Below are positions 20,085 through 29,589 of a stretch of DNA of 64,000 nt, piece after piece. A program made the position numbers and the translations under genes. The notes under the pieces are model-generated. The model ran no database searches. It was not told the origin of the DNA and was given only the letters and a program-made list of their open reading frames with translations. Each line of letters opens with the position of its first letter. Within the stretch, counting starts at the first letter, position 1. The stretch comes from Spirochaetota bacterium. GTDB taxonomy: Bacteria; Spirochaetota; Brevinematia; DTOW01. The stretch lies in NCBI GenBank assembly GCA_025061835.1, contig JANXAC010000006.1, positions 33,181-97,180 of the forward strand, written 5' to 3'.

Positions 20085-20378
20085 CTACTGTTTTTTCTTT
20101 TTGTCGCTTTTAAACATAGCAAGCATTCTATCTGCGATGAAATATCCACCAACAACATTAACAGTCCCCATCACAAGGGCTATAACTGCTAGAACGGTCG
20201 TTAGTATTGTAGTTGCTGTTCCCGTAACTTCAATAGCACTAACAACCATAATTGAAGCCATAGCATGTGATGCAACAACAAGAGGAGTATGCAAAATAGG
20301 CGGAACTTTCGTTATTACTTCAAACCCTATTACCAGTGCCAAAACAAATAGAATTATCGCTGCAATTATAGGATCCAT
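20085..20378 (-). CDS. pntAB: NAD(P) transhydrogenase subunit alpha, membrane part (alpha2)
   Basis: VPPILHTPL and NVVGGY...RMLAMF motifs. Confidence 0.93.
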   Translation of the reverse strand: MDPIIAAIILFVLALVIGFEVITKVPPILHTPLVVASHAMASIMVVSAIEVTGTATTILTTVLAVIALVMGTVNVVGGYFIADRMLAMFKSDKKKKQ

Positions 20379-20387
20379 AAAAACCTC

Positions 20388-21536
20388 CTATGATTGACCT
20401 AATGCCTTTTTAACAAGTGGATGAACAACCTCTCCATCTTTCGTAACCAAAGTCCCAGATATTATTTCATCACTTAAGTCTATGTTAAGTTTTCCATCCT
20501 TCACAATTATAGACAGGAAGTTCTTTACATTATTTGAATACATCTGACTTGCGTGAACTGGAACTGTACTTGGTAAATTAACAAGACCTGCTATCTTTAC
20601 GCCGTTATAGTCATATACCTCACCAGGTTTTGTTAATTCACAATTTCCTCCTTTCTCCGCTGCTAGATCTATTATCACACTACCCTTTTTCATTCTCTCA
20701 ACCATTTCTTTCGTGATGAGTATAGGTGCTTTTTTACCTGGGACAGAAGCGGTTGAGATAACAACATCACTATACTCTAAAACTTTCATCATCATCTCTC
20801 TCTGTTTTTGGTAAAATTCTTCTGACATTGCTTTAGCATACCCAGATTTATCACTAGCATTCTGTGTCTCAAGCCCAAGTTCAATAAATTTACCACCTAC
20901 ACTTTGGACTTGCTCCTTAACCTCAGGTCTAACATCATACGCTTCAACAACTGCTCCGAGTCTCTTTGCTGTAGCAATCGCTTGAAGCCCCGCAACTCCA
21001 GCACCTATTACAAAAACCTTTGCGGACATGAGATTACCAGCAGCAGTCATAAACATAGGAAAAACCTTTGGCAGGAGTTCTCCTGCTATCAAAACTGCTT
21101 TGTATCCAGCTATTGTAGCCATTGAACTTAAAACATCCATACTCTGCGCTCTTGTTATTCTAGGAATAAGTTCTAAAGAGAAAGAGATAACACCCCTTTC
21201 AGCAAACATTTTAGCAATTTCGGGATTAGCAAGAGGTTCCGTCATACCAATTACAACCGTATCTTTCTTCATCTTCTGAATATCGGAAATATTGTTGGTA
21301 TCAGCCCCTGGAGCTCTCACATAGGTTATGATACTAGAAGAATCAAGTATTTCGCTTCTACTGACTACTCTAGCACCAGCAGTTTCGTATTCTTGGTCTG
21401 AGTAATACGCGCCCTCACCAGCACCTTTTTCAACATAAACTTCTAAACCTAATTTTTTTATTGAGGATACAACTTGAGGTATTAGCGATACTCGCTTTTC
21501 ATTAGGGAAAGTCTCTTTCATTACTCCTAGAATCAT
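20388..21536 (-). CDS. pntAA: NAD(P) transhydrogenase subunit alpha, domain I (alpha1)
   Basis: PRITRAQSMDVLSS, GAGVAGL and DLAAEKGGNC motifs. Confidence 0.96.
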   Translation of the reverse strand: MILGVMKETFPNEKRVSLIPQVVSSIKKLGLEVYVEKGAGEGAYYSDQEYETAGARVVSRSEILDSSSIITYVRAPGADTNNISDIQKMKKDTVVIGMTEPLANPEIAKMFAERGVISFSLELIPRITRAQSMDVLSSMATIAGYKAVLIAGELLPKVFPMFMTAAGNLMSAKVFVIGAGVAGLQAIATAKRLGAVVEAYDVRPEVKEQVQSVGGKFIELGLETQNASDKSGYAKAMSEEFYQKQREMMMKVLEYSDVVISTASVPGKKAPILITKEMVERMKKGSVIIDLAAEKGGNCELTKPGEVYDYNGVKIAGLVNLPSTVPVHASQMYSNNVKNFLSIIVKDGKLNIDLSDEIISGTLVTKDGEVVHPLVKKALGQS

Positions 21537-21723
21537 ACAACTTACTCCTAACCACCGAAGTAATCGTAAGTTTAAATGAAGATGTTTGAGTATGTAAAAT
21601 TTTACAATTGAGTCAACTGCAAAAAACTAACCTGGAATTCCAACTATCCGATTTTTACATTACAAAAGAATAGCAATCATAATTTATGATGTTATTTGAA
21701 CAATACGAAAATTATTATAACTT

Positions 21724-23355
21724 ATGGAACTCCTCATAGCATTACAGATAGCATTAATAATAGCAACGATAGGTTATTTCATTCTTAACTCTCTATCAAA
21801 GGACCAGCATAAGATAATCAATGAACTGAAGGACAAAGGTAATTACGAGGAAGCTCTAAAGAGACTTTTAAAGATGTTTCAGAGGAATAAGGATGATGTA
21901 AGGGTGATATATGAACTTGGTGAAGTCAATAGACTCCTAAAGAACAACCTTGAAGCAATCGGATATTACTTACAGCTTATAGAAAAGGATGCTTTCCCAC
22001 CAATAACCACCAAAGGAGAAGTTTTGAAACAAGTAGGTCTCCTCTTCCTACAAGAAAAAAAAGTTCAAGAAGCATTTTACTATCTATACTATGCATCCTA
22101 TTTTCTGCCAGCAGATAAGGATATCAATTACTCACTTTTTAGAATACTATTTGAAGAGGAAAACTTTCAATTAGCAGACACTTTCGGGCAGCGTGCTTTG
22201 CCATTCTACAATAAAGACCCTATATTCCTAACAGACTTTGGTGTAACAAAAATAGACCTAGGTAAGTATGGTGAAGCAATTGAGATCCTTGAGAAAGCAC
22301 TAAGTTCTAAAAATGTCAAAACAAGAATTGCTCTAGGCTTTACATTAATCAAACTAGGTGGTTATAGAAGAGCGATAGACATACTAGCACCCATGCTTAC
22401 CGAAGATAATATTCCTAGTTCTGCAGTCTATCTAATCTATAAGATGCTTGTTTATGCAAACATATATCTGAAAAACTTTAACGACACTATGAGATACTGG
22501 GATCAATTCCTCAGTTTTGCTACATCAAAAAATTTAGCGAGTGTGATAAGGGAAATTGGATTTGGAATATTTATGACATACCTCTATTTCTCAAAATATG
22601 AGAGTGCTAAGTCAACACTGGAAACACTCAAGGAATATGATATAAGTGATGCAGTTGTCAATGCTGTCTCAACATTCATAGACGAAGCAATAAAAAATAT
22701 TAACCTTAAGAAGGAGATGAAACCCTACGACTTGAAAGCAATAAAGGAAATTGATAACTATGTAAATTCTTGGTTAAACTCCTCATTGAGAGCAAGGGAG
22801 ATAGTAGATGCTCTATATCCCCGAAAGGAACAAAAAGAAAAGATTAATGTTGTTGAGATTATTAAAAAAGTTCAAGAAGAGATGAACTTACATAATCAGA
22901 AAATTAAGGATCTCATCAGTTCCTCTGCTGGCAGTGGGCTTTCACCCGAGGACGAAGCAGATGTATGCGATATGTTCACAAACCGGCTAGATGAAAAAAC
23001 TTTCGCTTCAATATCTGAAGAGTTGGTCAAGGCTTTAGGGTTCAATATATTAAAAAAGATAGAAACTGAATCATTCCTTGAATCTGAAGGTGTAGATTAT
23101 ATATGCTCAAGATCCAAAGAAAAAGATAGATACTACGTAGCCGTAAGAAGATGGGGTTCCAACGAAATAGGCAAAATAGCGATAGTTGATATAAACCAGA
23201 AGTCAATTGAGAATAATTGTGAGAAGGTTATGATAATTTCATCATCACCTCTCACTAACGAAGCACAAGATTATGTAGAAAAAAACAGTAGAATAGAATT
23301 CAAGACCTGCAAGGAGCTAGCCGGAATAATCAAGGCTGTTATCTCTTCTGTTTAA
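21724..23355 (+). CDS. membrane-anchored TPR protein with C-terminal Mrr-like (restriction endonuclease fold) domain
   Basis: N-terminal TM helix; TPR repeats; F..I..ELVKALGF...GVDY...VRRW...IG....I...IISSS.LT.EA pattern. Confidence 0.7.
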   Translation: MELLIALQIALIIATIGYFILNSLSKDQHKIINELKDKGNYEEALKRLLKMFQRNKDDVRVIYELGEVNRLLKNNLEAIGYYLQLIEKDAFPPITTKGEVLKQVGLLFLQEKKVQEAFYYLYYASYFLPADKDINYSLFRILFEEENFQLADTFGQRALPFYNKDPIFLTDFGVTKIDLGKYGEAIEILEKALSSKNVKTRIALGFTLIKLGGYRRAIDILAPMLTEDNIPSSAVYLIYKMLVYANIYLKNFNDTMRYWDQFLSFATSKNLASVIREIGFGIFMTYLYFSKYESAKSTLETLKEYDISDAVVNAVSTFIDEAIKNINLKKEMKPYDLKAIKEIDNYVNSWLNSSLRAREIVDALYPRKEQKEKINVVEIIKKVQEEMNLHNQKIKDLISSSAGSGLSPEDEADVCDMFTNRLDEKTFASISEELVKALGFNILKKIETESFLESEGVDYICSRSKEKDRYYVAVRRWGSNEIGKIAIVDINQKSIENNCEKVMIISSSPLTNEAQDYVEKNSRIEFKTCKELAGIIKAVISSV

Positions 23356-24753
23356 TCCGTATTTTTCCATTTTTGATATTAATGTTTTTCTAGTAATTCC
23401 TAGTATTCTAGACGCTCTTGATTTGTTGCCGTTAACAAACTTTAAAGTTTCCTCAATAACATTCTTTTCAATCTCATCAAGACTTTTACCTATCTCTATA
23501 ACTAGTATATGCTTTTGGGGATCAAGGAAGTTCTGTTTCCTATCATAATGTTGAACAGTAAATACCTTTGGTGCCATGAGTTTGGTTCTGTAATGTGGAG
23601 GAATACATTCAGATTGTAAATACTCCTTATTGCATATTATAACTGAACTCTCTATAAAGTTTTGTAATTCTCTTACATTTCCAGGCCATGAGTAGTTCAT
23701 AATTATATCCATAAGTTCATTAGATATACCATTTATTTTCTTGTTATAAGTTTCCGAATATAGTGATAGAAAATAGTTTGCTAAAACTGGAATATCAACT
23801 TTTCTTTGCCTCAAAGGTGGTATATGTATAGTTATTATGTTTATTCTATAGAACAAATCCTCTCTGAAACTACCTTTTCTCACATCTTCCTCTAGGTTTC
23901 TGTTGGTTGCAGCAATAATCCTAACATTTACCTTTATATCCTCCTCACCACCAACTCTTTGAAACTCCTTCTCTTGTAGGACTCTAAGTAAAGCCACCTG
24001 TAATTTAGGAGATACTTCTCCTATCTCATCAAGGAATATTGTTCCACCATCTGCCAGTTCAAACCTACCCTTTCTCCTATTCACTGCACCTGTGAATGCA
24101 CCTTTTTCATGCCCAAATAACTCAGCTTCTAGTAGTGTTTCCGGAATGCTACCACAGTTTACCTTAATGAAAGGCCCCTCTCTTCTAGGACTTAAAGCAT
24201 GAATAGCGTTCGCTATCAACTCCTTACCAGTCCCAGACTCTCCTGTAATCAAAACAGTAGCATCAGTTCCAGCAACTCTCCTTATCAAGTCTTTTATCTG
24301 CTTAATCTCCTCACTTTCGCCTATTATAGCGTCTAGATAATCTTTAGGCAACAAAGATTTTTGCTTGTTCTTCTCTATGAGACTTTTCCTTATATCTAAT
24401 GCTTTCTCTACTGATGTAATGAGTTTATCAACATCAGGCGGCTTAAGAAAGTAATCAAAAGCACCCTGTTTCGTTAAATTGACTGCTTCTTCAACGGAAC
24501 CATACGCAGTCAAAATTATCACTGGAAGGAATGGGTCTGTTTTGGAAACAATTTTTAGAAACTCATACCCATTCATATTAGGCATCTTTAAGTCAAGTAT
24601 AACCAGATCTACTTTGTCAGTGTTTATTCTTCTTACACCCTCTTGTCCATCACTTGCTAGGATGACATTATAACCTTCAAGTTCAAAAATCGTTTTAATG
24701 CCCTCTCTTATCTTTTGTTCATCGTCTATTACTAGAATAGTTTCCTTTGGCAT
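23317..24753 (-). CDS. sigma54-dependent response regulator (NtrC family)
   Basis: REC domain (DD, DLKMP), GESGTGKE, GAFTGA, WPGNVREL, Fis-type HTH. Confidence 0.96.
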   Translation of the reverse strand: MPKETILVIDDEQKIREGIKTIFELEGYNVILASDGQEGVRRINTDKVDLVILDLKMPNMNGYEFLKIVSKTDPFLPVIILTAYGSVEEAVNLTKQGAFDYFLKPPDVDKLITSVEKALDIRKSLIEKNKQKSLLPKDYLDAIIGESEEIKQIKDLIRRVAGTDATVLITGESGTGKELIANAIHALSPRREGPFIKVNCGSIPETLLEAELFGHEKGAFTGAVNRRKGRFELADGGTIFLDEIGEVSPKLQVALLRVLQEKEFQRVGGEEDIKVNVRIIAATNRNLEEDVRKGSFREDLFYRINIITIHIPPLRQRKVDIPVLANYFLSLYSETYNKKINGISNELMDIIMNYSWPGNVRELQNFIESSVIICNKEYLQSECIPPHYRTKLMAPKVFTVQHYDRKQNFLDPQKHILVIEIGKSLDEIEKNVIEETLKFVNGNKSRASRILGITRKTLISKMEKYGLNRRDNSLDYSG

Positions 24754-24760
24754 AATGAGA

Positions 24761-25216
24761 CTAGTAGTCTTCAAATAAAGTAGGTATAGCACCTGATAGT
24801 TTATTATACTTCTCCATTAGGTCTGGATTCTCTTGTGAAAACTTCTGAAGCAGTTGATAGTTCTTAACAGAGTAGTTTTCAAACTCCTCAAGGTTTAAAC
24901 CATACTTTGATAGTAGTTCTACCTTCTTCGTAGTTCTGTAGTTTTCCAGAATCTCCGATGAAATATTAGTCCCCGAAGACATAAGTTCTTTAGTCCAGAA
25001 ATAATTACTTACAGTAAGTATGGCATTTAACTCCACAAATGTCCTTGGTGTTAGTGTGATCTTTTTAGGTTCTCTAGCTTCAGAGACTATACTGTTAAGT
25101 AAATTGCTAATTTCATCTTCTAGTTCCTTACCTACTTTGTCCTCCGATGTCTGACAACTTAAAATGAAAGTAACAACTATTATCACAAAATAACTAAAAT
25201 TCCTTATGCTTCTCAT
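24761..25216 (-). CDS. hypothetical lipoprotein
   Basis: Lipobox FILSC after a hydrophobic stretch. Confidence 0.7.
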   Translation of the reverse strand: MRSIRNFSYFVIIVVTFILSCQTSEDKVGKELEDEISNLLNSIVSEAREPKKITLTPRTFVELNAILTVSNYFWTKELMSSGTNISSEILENYRTTKKVELLSKYGLNLEEFENYSVKNYQLLQKFSQENPDLMEKYNKLSGAIPTLFEDY

Positions 25217-25730
25217 ACTTGTTGTTAATAATATACGAAAACACAAACCAGATTCAATTCTGTTTGCTAAAATCTTGTTATTCCTAAATCCAAAAGAACA
25301 GATAAAAATCTACATAACAGTGTTATTAGTGAAGTTAGATATTAAGTTGTTGATTCAAACTTGCCTAGCCTATTATATTTGAATTACCTGTATAAACAAC
25401 CTATTGTTATGAACTTTCATCAATCAGTATATGACCTGATTATACTAAAATTCTCCTCATACATACCTATTGCAGTTATGTTTTTATTAACCCTATGAAA
25501 TGAGATTACAAGATTAGTTAAAGAAGCAAAATTACGTAAGCGCACCGCATATCCCGTTGATGATATTGTCCAGTCATTAGTCATAGTAGGGTTTTAGAAT
25601 TGAGATAATGGATTGATTGTCTAGATATGTTTCTACTCGTTTTCTACAGCCTCTAGTTTACGCTATTTGCGTAGAGTACTACATATCCCTCATAATTTAC
25701 AGCACATCAATTTGCTTACTGGAGGATCAA

Positions 25731-26369
25731 ATGGAGATAGAAGTTTTAGGGTTAGATGGTTCAGTGAAAAAGAAGATAAAAGTTGATGATAGGATATTCG
25801 GGCTTGAATATAACAATGACCTAGTTTATAAGGCTCTTATAGTAGAGTTGTCAAATGCTAGACAGGGAACTGCATCCACAAAAACCAGAGGAGAAGTAAG
25901 TGGCGGTGGAAGAAAACCTTGGAGACAGAAAGGAACAGGAAGAGCAAGACACGGTTCAATCAGGTCTCCGATATGGGTAGGTGGAGGTATCGCTCACGGT
26001 CCTAAACCTAGAGATTATTCAATGTCAATACCTAAAGCGATGAAAAGAAAAGCATACTTTACGATACTATCAGCAAAGACAAGAGATAAGGATCTATTGG
26101 TCGTTGAAGATTTCTCGCTTGACAGAATAAAAACAAAGGACTTTGTTAGCAAATTCTCAAAAATTCTTGCTAGACTAACAGGCGGTTATGGATTACTGAT
26201 CCTACCATCTCACGATAAGAATATACACTTGTCTTCCAGAAACCTACCAAACCTAAAGGTTCTACCTTATAATCAGTTAAACATTAAGGATCTATTCTAT
26301 TCAAACAAAGTCTTCTTCTTAGAGAGTGCTATAAAGAAATACGAAGAAATGTATCTACAGAAAGTTTAA
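25731..26369 (+). CDS. rplD: 50S ribosomal protein L4
   Basis: RQGTASTKTRGEVSGGGRKPWRQKGTGRARHGSIRSP; GGAGG SD before ATG 25731. Confidence 0.97.
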   Translation: MEIEVLGLDGSVKKKIKVDDRIFGLEYNNDLVYKALIVELSNARQGTASTKTRGEVSGGGRKPWRQKGTGRARHGSIRSPIWVGGGIAHGPKPRDYSMSIPKAMKRKAYFTILSAKTRDKDLLVVEDFSLDRIKTKDFVSKFSKILARLTGGYGLLILPSHDKNIHLSSRNLPNLKVLPYNQLNIKDLFYSNKVFFLESAIKKYEEMYLQKV

Positions 26370-26385
26370 GTTTGGTTTCCTTGCT

Positions 26386-27294
26386 ATGTCCTACGAGAGC
26401 CAAATTAAATACTTTTTGAGAGATGATGAGGCAGTAGGGTTTAACTATGAGTTTGGAATTAAGGAGATAATATACAGAGAGAAGAGTAATTTTCAGCTAA
26501 TTGAAATTGTTGATACCGTTCCTTTCGGCAGAGCACTCATAACAGATAGTATAGTAATGATAACGGAAATGGATGAATTCATATATCATGAAATGATGAC
26601 ACATGTTCCAATGAGTCTCGTTGAAAAACCTAGAAAAGTCTTGGTAATAGGTGGGGGAGATGGTGGTTGCGTTAGAGAACTTTCAAAGTATCCATCTCTT
26701 GAAAGAATAGACCTAGTTGAGATAGATGAGAGAATCATAGATATTACCCAGAAGTATATGAATACTTGGAAAGGTACAAACTTTAACATCCTAAACACTT
26801 ACATAGAAGATGGTTTCAAATTCATTCAAAGGACTAACGAAAAGTATGATGTGATAATACTTGATATTACTGCACCTGTTGATATTGCGATTGATCTTTA
26901 TTCAAAAACGAGTTTTGGAAGAGTAGTGTCAAGACTTACAGATGAAGGTGTTTTCGTAATACAATCTGAGTCAGTATTTATCACACCTAATGTGGCAAAG
27001 CACATTTTGAGACAGGTCAGGGATTTGGTTAGATTTTCATCCGTATATTCAGTTTACGTTCCATCCTTCATAAACCCTTGGAGTTTTGTTATAGGCTCAA
27101 AAGTCAACAAGCCTGATATACCAAAATATGAGAATATTGACTACTCAAAGGTCAAATTCTACACTAAAGAAATACATACCTCATCATTCGCATTACCGAA
27201 ATTCTTAAAAGACTTCTTTGATAAAGAAGATGATGTAAAAAATTTACTTGATAGGAGTATTGTAAGAACACTACTAGGTCAAGAAGTAGGTTAA
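26386..27294 (+). CDS. speE: polyamine aminopropyltransferase (spermidine synthase family)
   Basis: DEFIYHEMM, VLVIGGGDGG, VEID, EDG and YDVIILD motifs. Confidence 0.9.
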   Translation: MSYESQIKYFLRDDEAVGFNYEFGIKEIIYREKSNFQLIEIVDTVPFGRALITDSIVMITEMDEFIYHEMMTHVPMSLVEKPRKVLVIGGGDGGCVRELSKYPSLERIDLVEIDERIIDITQKYMNTWKGTNFNILNTYIEDGFKFIQRTNEKYDVIILDITAPVDIAIDLYSKTSFGRVVSRLTDEGVFVIQSESVFITPNVAKHILRQVRDLVRFSSVYSVYVPSFINPWSFVIGSKVNKPDIPKYENIDYSKVKFYTKEIHTSSFALPKFLKDFFDKEDDVKNLLDRSIVRTLLGQEVG

Positions 27295-27594
27295 AATATC
27301 CTAGTTACGTTTAGCCAACCTAAAGATGTTTTGAATTTCTTTCTTAAGCCATCAGGAAAATGACAAATAGTGAGACTGTGAAGGGATAAAAAAATTAATT
27401 AAGGTTATCATGTTGAAAATGTTATCATATGTTAATTTTCATTAGTTCTAGACTTCAATGTGCTCAACTTGTACCAATGATATCGTAAAAACATTCAACC
27501 TAGATGAATGCCATTTAATCCTGACAGTGAAAACTAAATAATAGAGTCAATACTCTTGTAATGATAGAAGTTTGTATCCCCTCAGAGTTAGTCA

Positions 27595-27610
27595 AGGGGC
27601 AAAAGCCCCT
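27595..27610 (-). terminator. probable intrinsic terminator hairpin
   Basis: AGGGGC-AAAA-GCCCCT just downstream of the stop at 27617; U-tract is weak. Confidence 0.55.
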
Positions 27611-27616
27611 TTGAGG

Positions 27617-29119
27617 TTAGAACCTTACTACTAGACTTAAACTACCTCCAAGCCCTCTCAATCCGAAATCCGGTATCATAGAAGAAGTAAATATACTTGA
27701 ATCAAACTCGTTTCCGAATGTATCATAAGCCCTTATCCAATTATAGACTGGTATTGTATATTTGTATCCAGCATTTACTGATAATCCGACATATTTTGAG
27801 AATAAAAGTTCCAGAGTTAGACCTCCGGTGAAACCCAATGAGAATGTGGTGAGATAGAAGTCAAGGTAATACCACCACCATCCGATACTGCCAAGGTAGG
27901 TAAATGAACCTAGTAAATCAATTCCTACATACGGCTTTATTTTGAAGTTTCTCAAGTATATGGAGTAGTTAAATAGAATATCTAAAGTCAAAGTGAATGG
28001 TGATGCAAAAACAAGAGATATATCAACTTGTGGTTCAAAGAAAGCAAAACTACCATCATCTATTCCTGATATTCCTAAAACGAAAGCATTTCCATCTCTA
28101 AGCCTATTCCATTTGTCTTCAAAGTAGCTGATAAGGTATGGGTCTTGGGGAGGAGCATAGTCAATTTGTTGTAATCCAAAGAACAGCCTGAATATAAGAC
28201 CTCTTCTAAGCGAGTCTGTCAATTGAACACCAAGTTTAGGGTCACCAAAGATTGGTATAACTTCACTGTAATCTTCTTTTGCATCAACTACTCTAACGAG
28301 TCCTGTAACTTCTCTCACAGTTCTGGTCTTCCCTCCTATCGTCAAAGTTTTAGTTTCCACGATATCAAGCTCAAGTCCAGGAGTGATATCAAAGTTTCTA
28401 CCAAGTTCAGTGTATAATTTACCACCACTAGTATCAACTATGGTTGTATAGAGTTTGAATTTCTCTACTCCTCTCAACTGATATTTTATTTCTTGAAGCA
28501 CTTCATCAACTGCCATAACTATTGTTTCTTCTCTTGTTAGATTCCTACCTCTTATACCAGTTATCATCTCAATTAACTGGCTACTCCTACCGGAAACTGT
28601 TTTTGTGATATCTATAACATGGAATATCTTACCTTCGGCAGGGTCAAAAAACTTCAGAGACAATCCTAAAGTGACAACATAAAATGACTCAAAACCTTCG
28701 TATCTTAGCTCTGCACCGAATGTTTTTATATTTGGTACAACTATCGTGTAAGAATTGACAAGTCGCTCTAGCATATCTGGTGTTAAAGTTATTGTACCCC
28801 ACTTAGGATCAACAAACTTCTCTGCTTTTGTTATTTTTTGCTGTTGTAGTTCAGCCACTCTAGCCATGAACTTCTCAAGATTTCCCTCAGAAAACCTAAA
28901 CTCAAAACCTTTAACATTGAACCTTTTCATCGTTGAGAAGAGATTAACTATACCATCATCAAGTTTATTAACTATGTTTGGTGGTATATCCCATGTATAG
29001 TATGATGCAAAGATTGATACATCCTGTTGTTCTGATATCTTTACATTACCTTTAGGTTGCGAAAAACCTAATACTGTTATGAAAGATATTATTGAAAAAA
29101 CTACCAAAAGTTTTCTCAT
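27617..29119 (-). CDS. exported protein: CsgG/FlgT-like N-terminal region plus C-terminal outer-membrane beta-barrel
   Basis: Signal peptide; ELGRNFDITPGLELDIV FlgT-C-like segment; amphipathic C-terminal strands ending in Phe. Confidence 0.6.
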   Translation of the reverse strand: MRKLLVVFSIISFITVLGFSQPKGNVKISEQQDVSIFASYYTWDIPPNIVNKLDDGIVNLFSTMKRFNVKGFEFRFSEGNLEKFMARVAELQQQKITKAEKFVDPKWGTITLTPDMLERLVNSYTIVVPNIKTFGAELRYEGFESFYVVTLGLSLKFFDPAEGKIFHVIDITKTVSGRSSQLIEMITGIRGRNLTREETIVMAVDEVLQEIKYQLRGVEKFKLYTTIVDTSGGKLYTELGRNFDITPGLELDIVETKTLTIGGKTRTVREVTGLVRVVDAKEDYSEVIPIFGDPKLGVQLTDSLRRGLIFRLFFGLQQIDYAPPQDPYLISYFEDKWNRLRDGNAFVLGISGIDDGSFAFFEPQVDISLVFASPFTLTLDILFNYSIYLRNFKIKPYVGIDLLGSFTYLGSIGWWWYYLDFYLTTFSLGFTGGLTLELLFSKYVGLSVNAGYKYTIPVYNWIRAYDTFGNEFDSSIFTSSMIPDFGLRGLGGSLSLVVRF

Positions 29120-29190
29120 AGAAGCCTCCTTTTAAGACGATTACAATAATAATATTACCTAGAACAAGTTTCAAGTATTTTCAGAAGTTG

Positions 29191-29242
29191 TCAATAAAGT
29201 CTAAAATTTTTTGTGAGATGATTCATAAAATAGTTTAAGGTT
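29191..29242 (+). repeat. 52-bp dispersed repeat, copy 1 (putative IS end)
   Basis: TCAATAAAGTCTAAAATTTTTTGTGAGATGATTCATAAAATAGTTTAAGGTT; 50/52 identical to 63738-63789. Confidence 0.9.
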
Positions 29243-29340
29243 ATGGAGATGGATATTTTTAGTATATCACACCTATCGCTCCTCTGTTTTCTTTCTTTTC
29301 TCTTTCTTTTCAAAACAACACCAAAAGGAGGTGATATGAT

Positions 29341-29445
29341 GTGAGGAGAGATGATATGCAACATATACGAGAGGACAAGAAGATTGTGAAATACCTTAAC
29401 AGGTATCTAGAGAACAATGAAAACAGACTTGTAGTTATTTGCTAG
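29341..29445 (+). pseudogene. short ORF with strong SD, possible truncated transposase N-terminus
   Basis: AGGAGGTGA then GTG: MRRDDMQHIREDKKIVKYLNRYLENNENRLVVIC*; lies just after the repeat. Confidence 0.3.
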
Positions 29446-29589
29446 AGCAACACTTGATAGGCACTAAAAGCATTAACTATACCCAAATAACTCTCAAATT
29501 TTGGAATTTATTGTCATTTTCACTGAAAACTTGAACTACAATTTGAGATTGGATTAAAATTTTCAAAATGTTAGGTTTAGGAGGCTCTT

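Noticed and set aside
29243..29344. 33-aa hydrophobic ORF (MEMDIFSISHLSLLCFLSFLFLFK...) as a type I toxin
   Set aside because: Hydrophobicity follows from the T/C tract, the SD is poor, and the IS-relic explanation is simpler.
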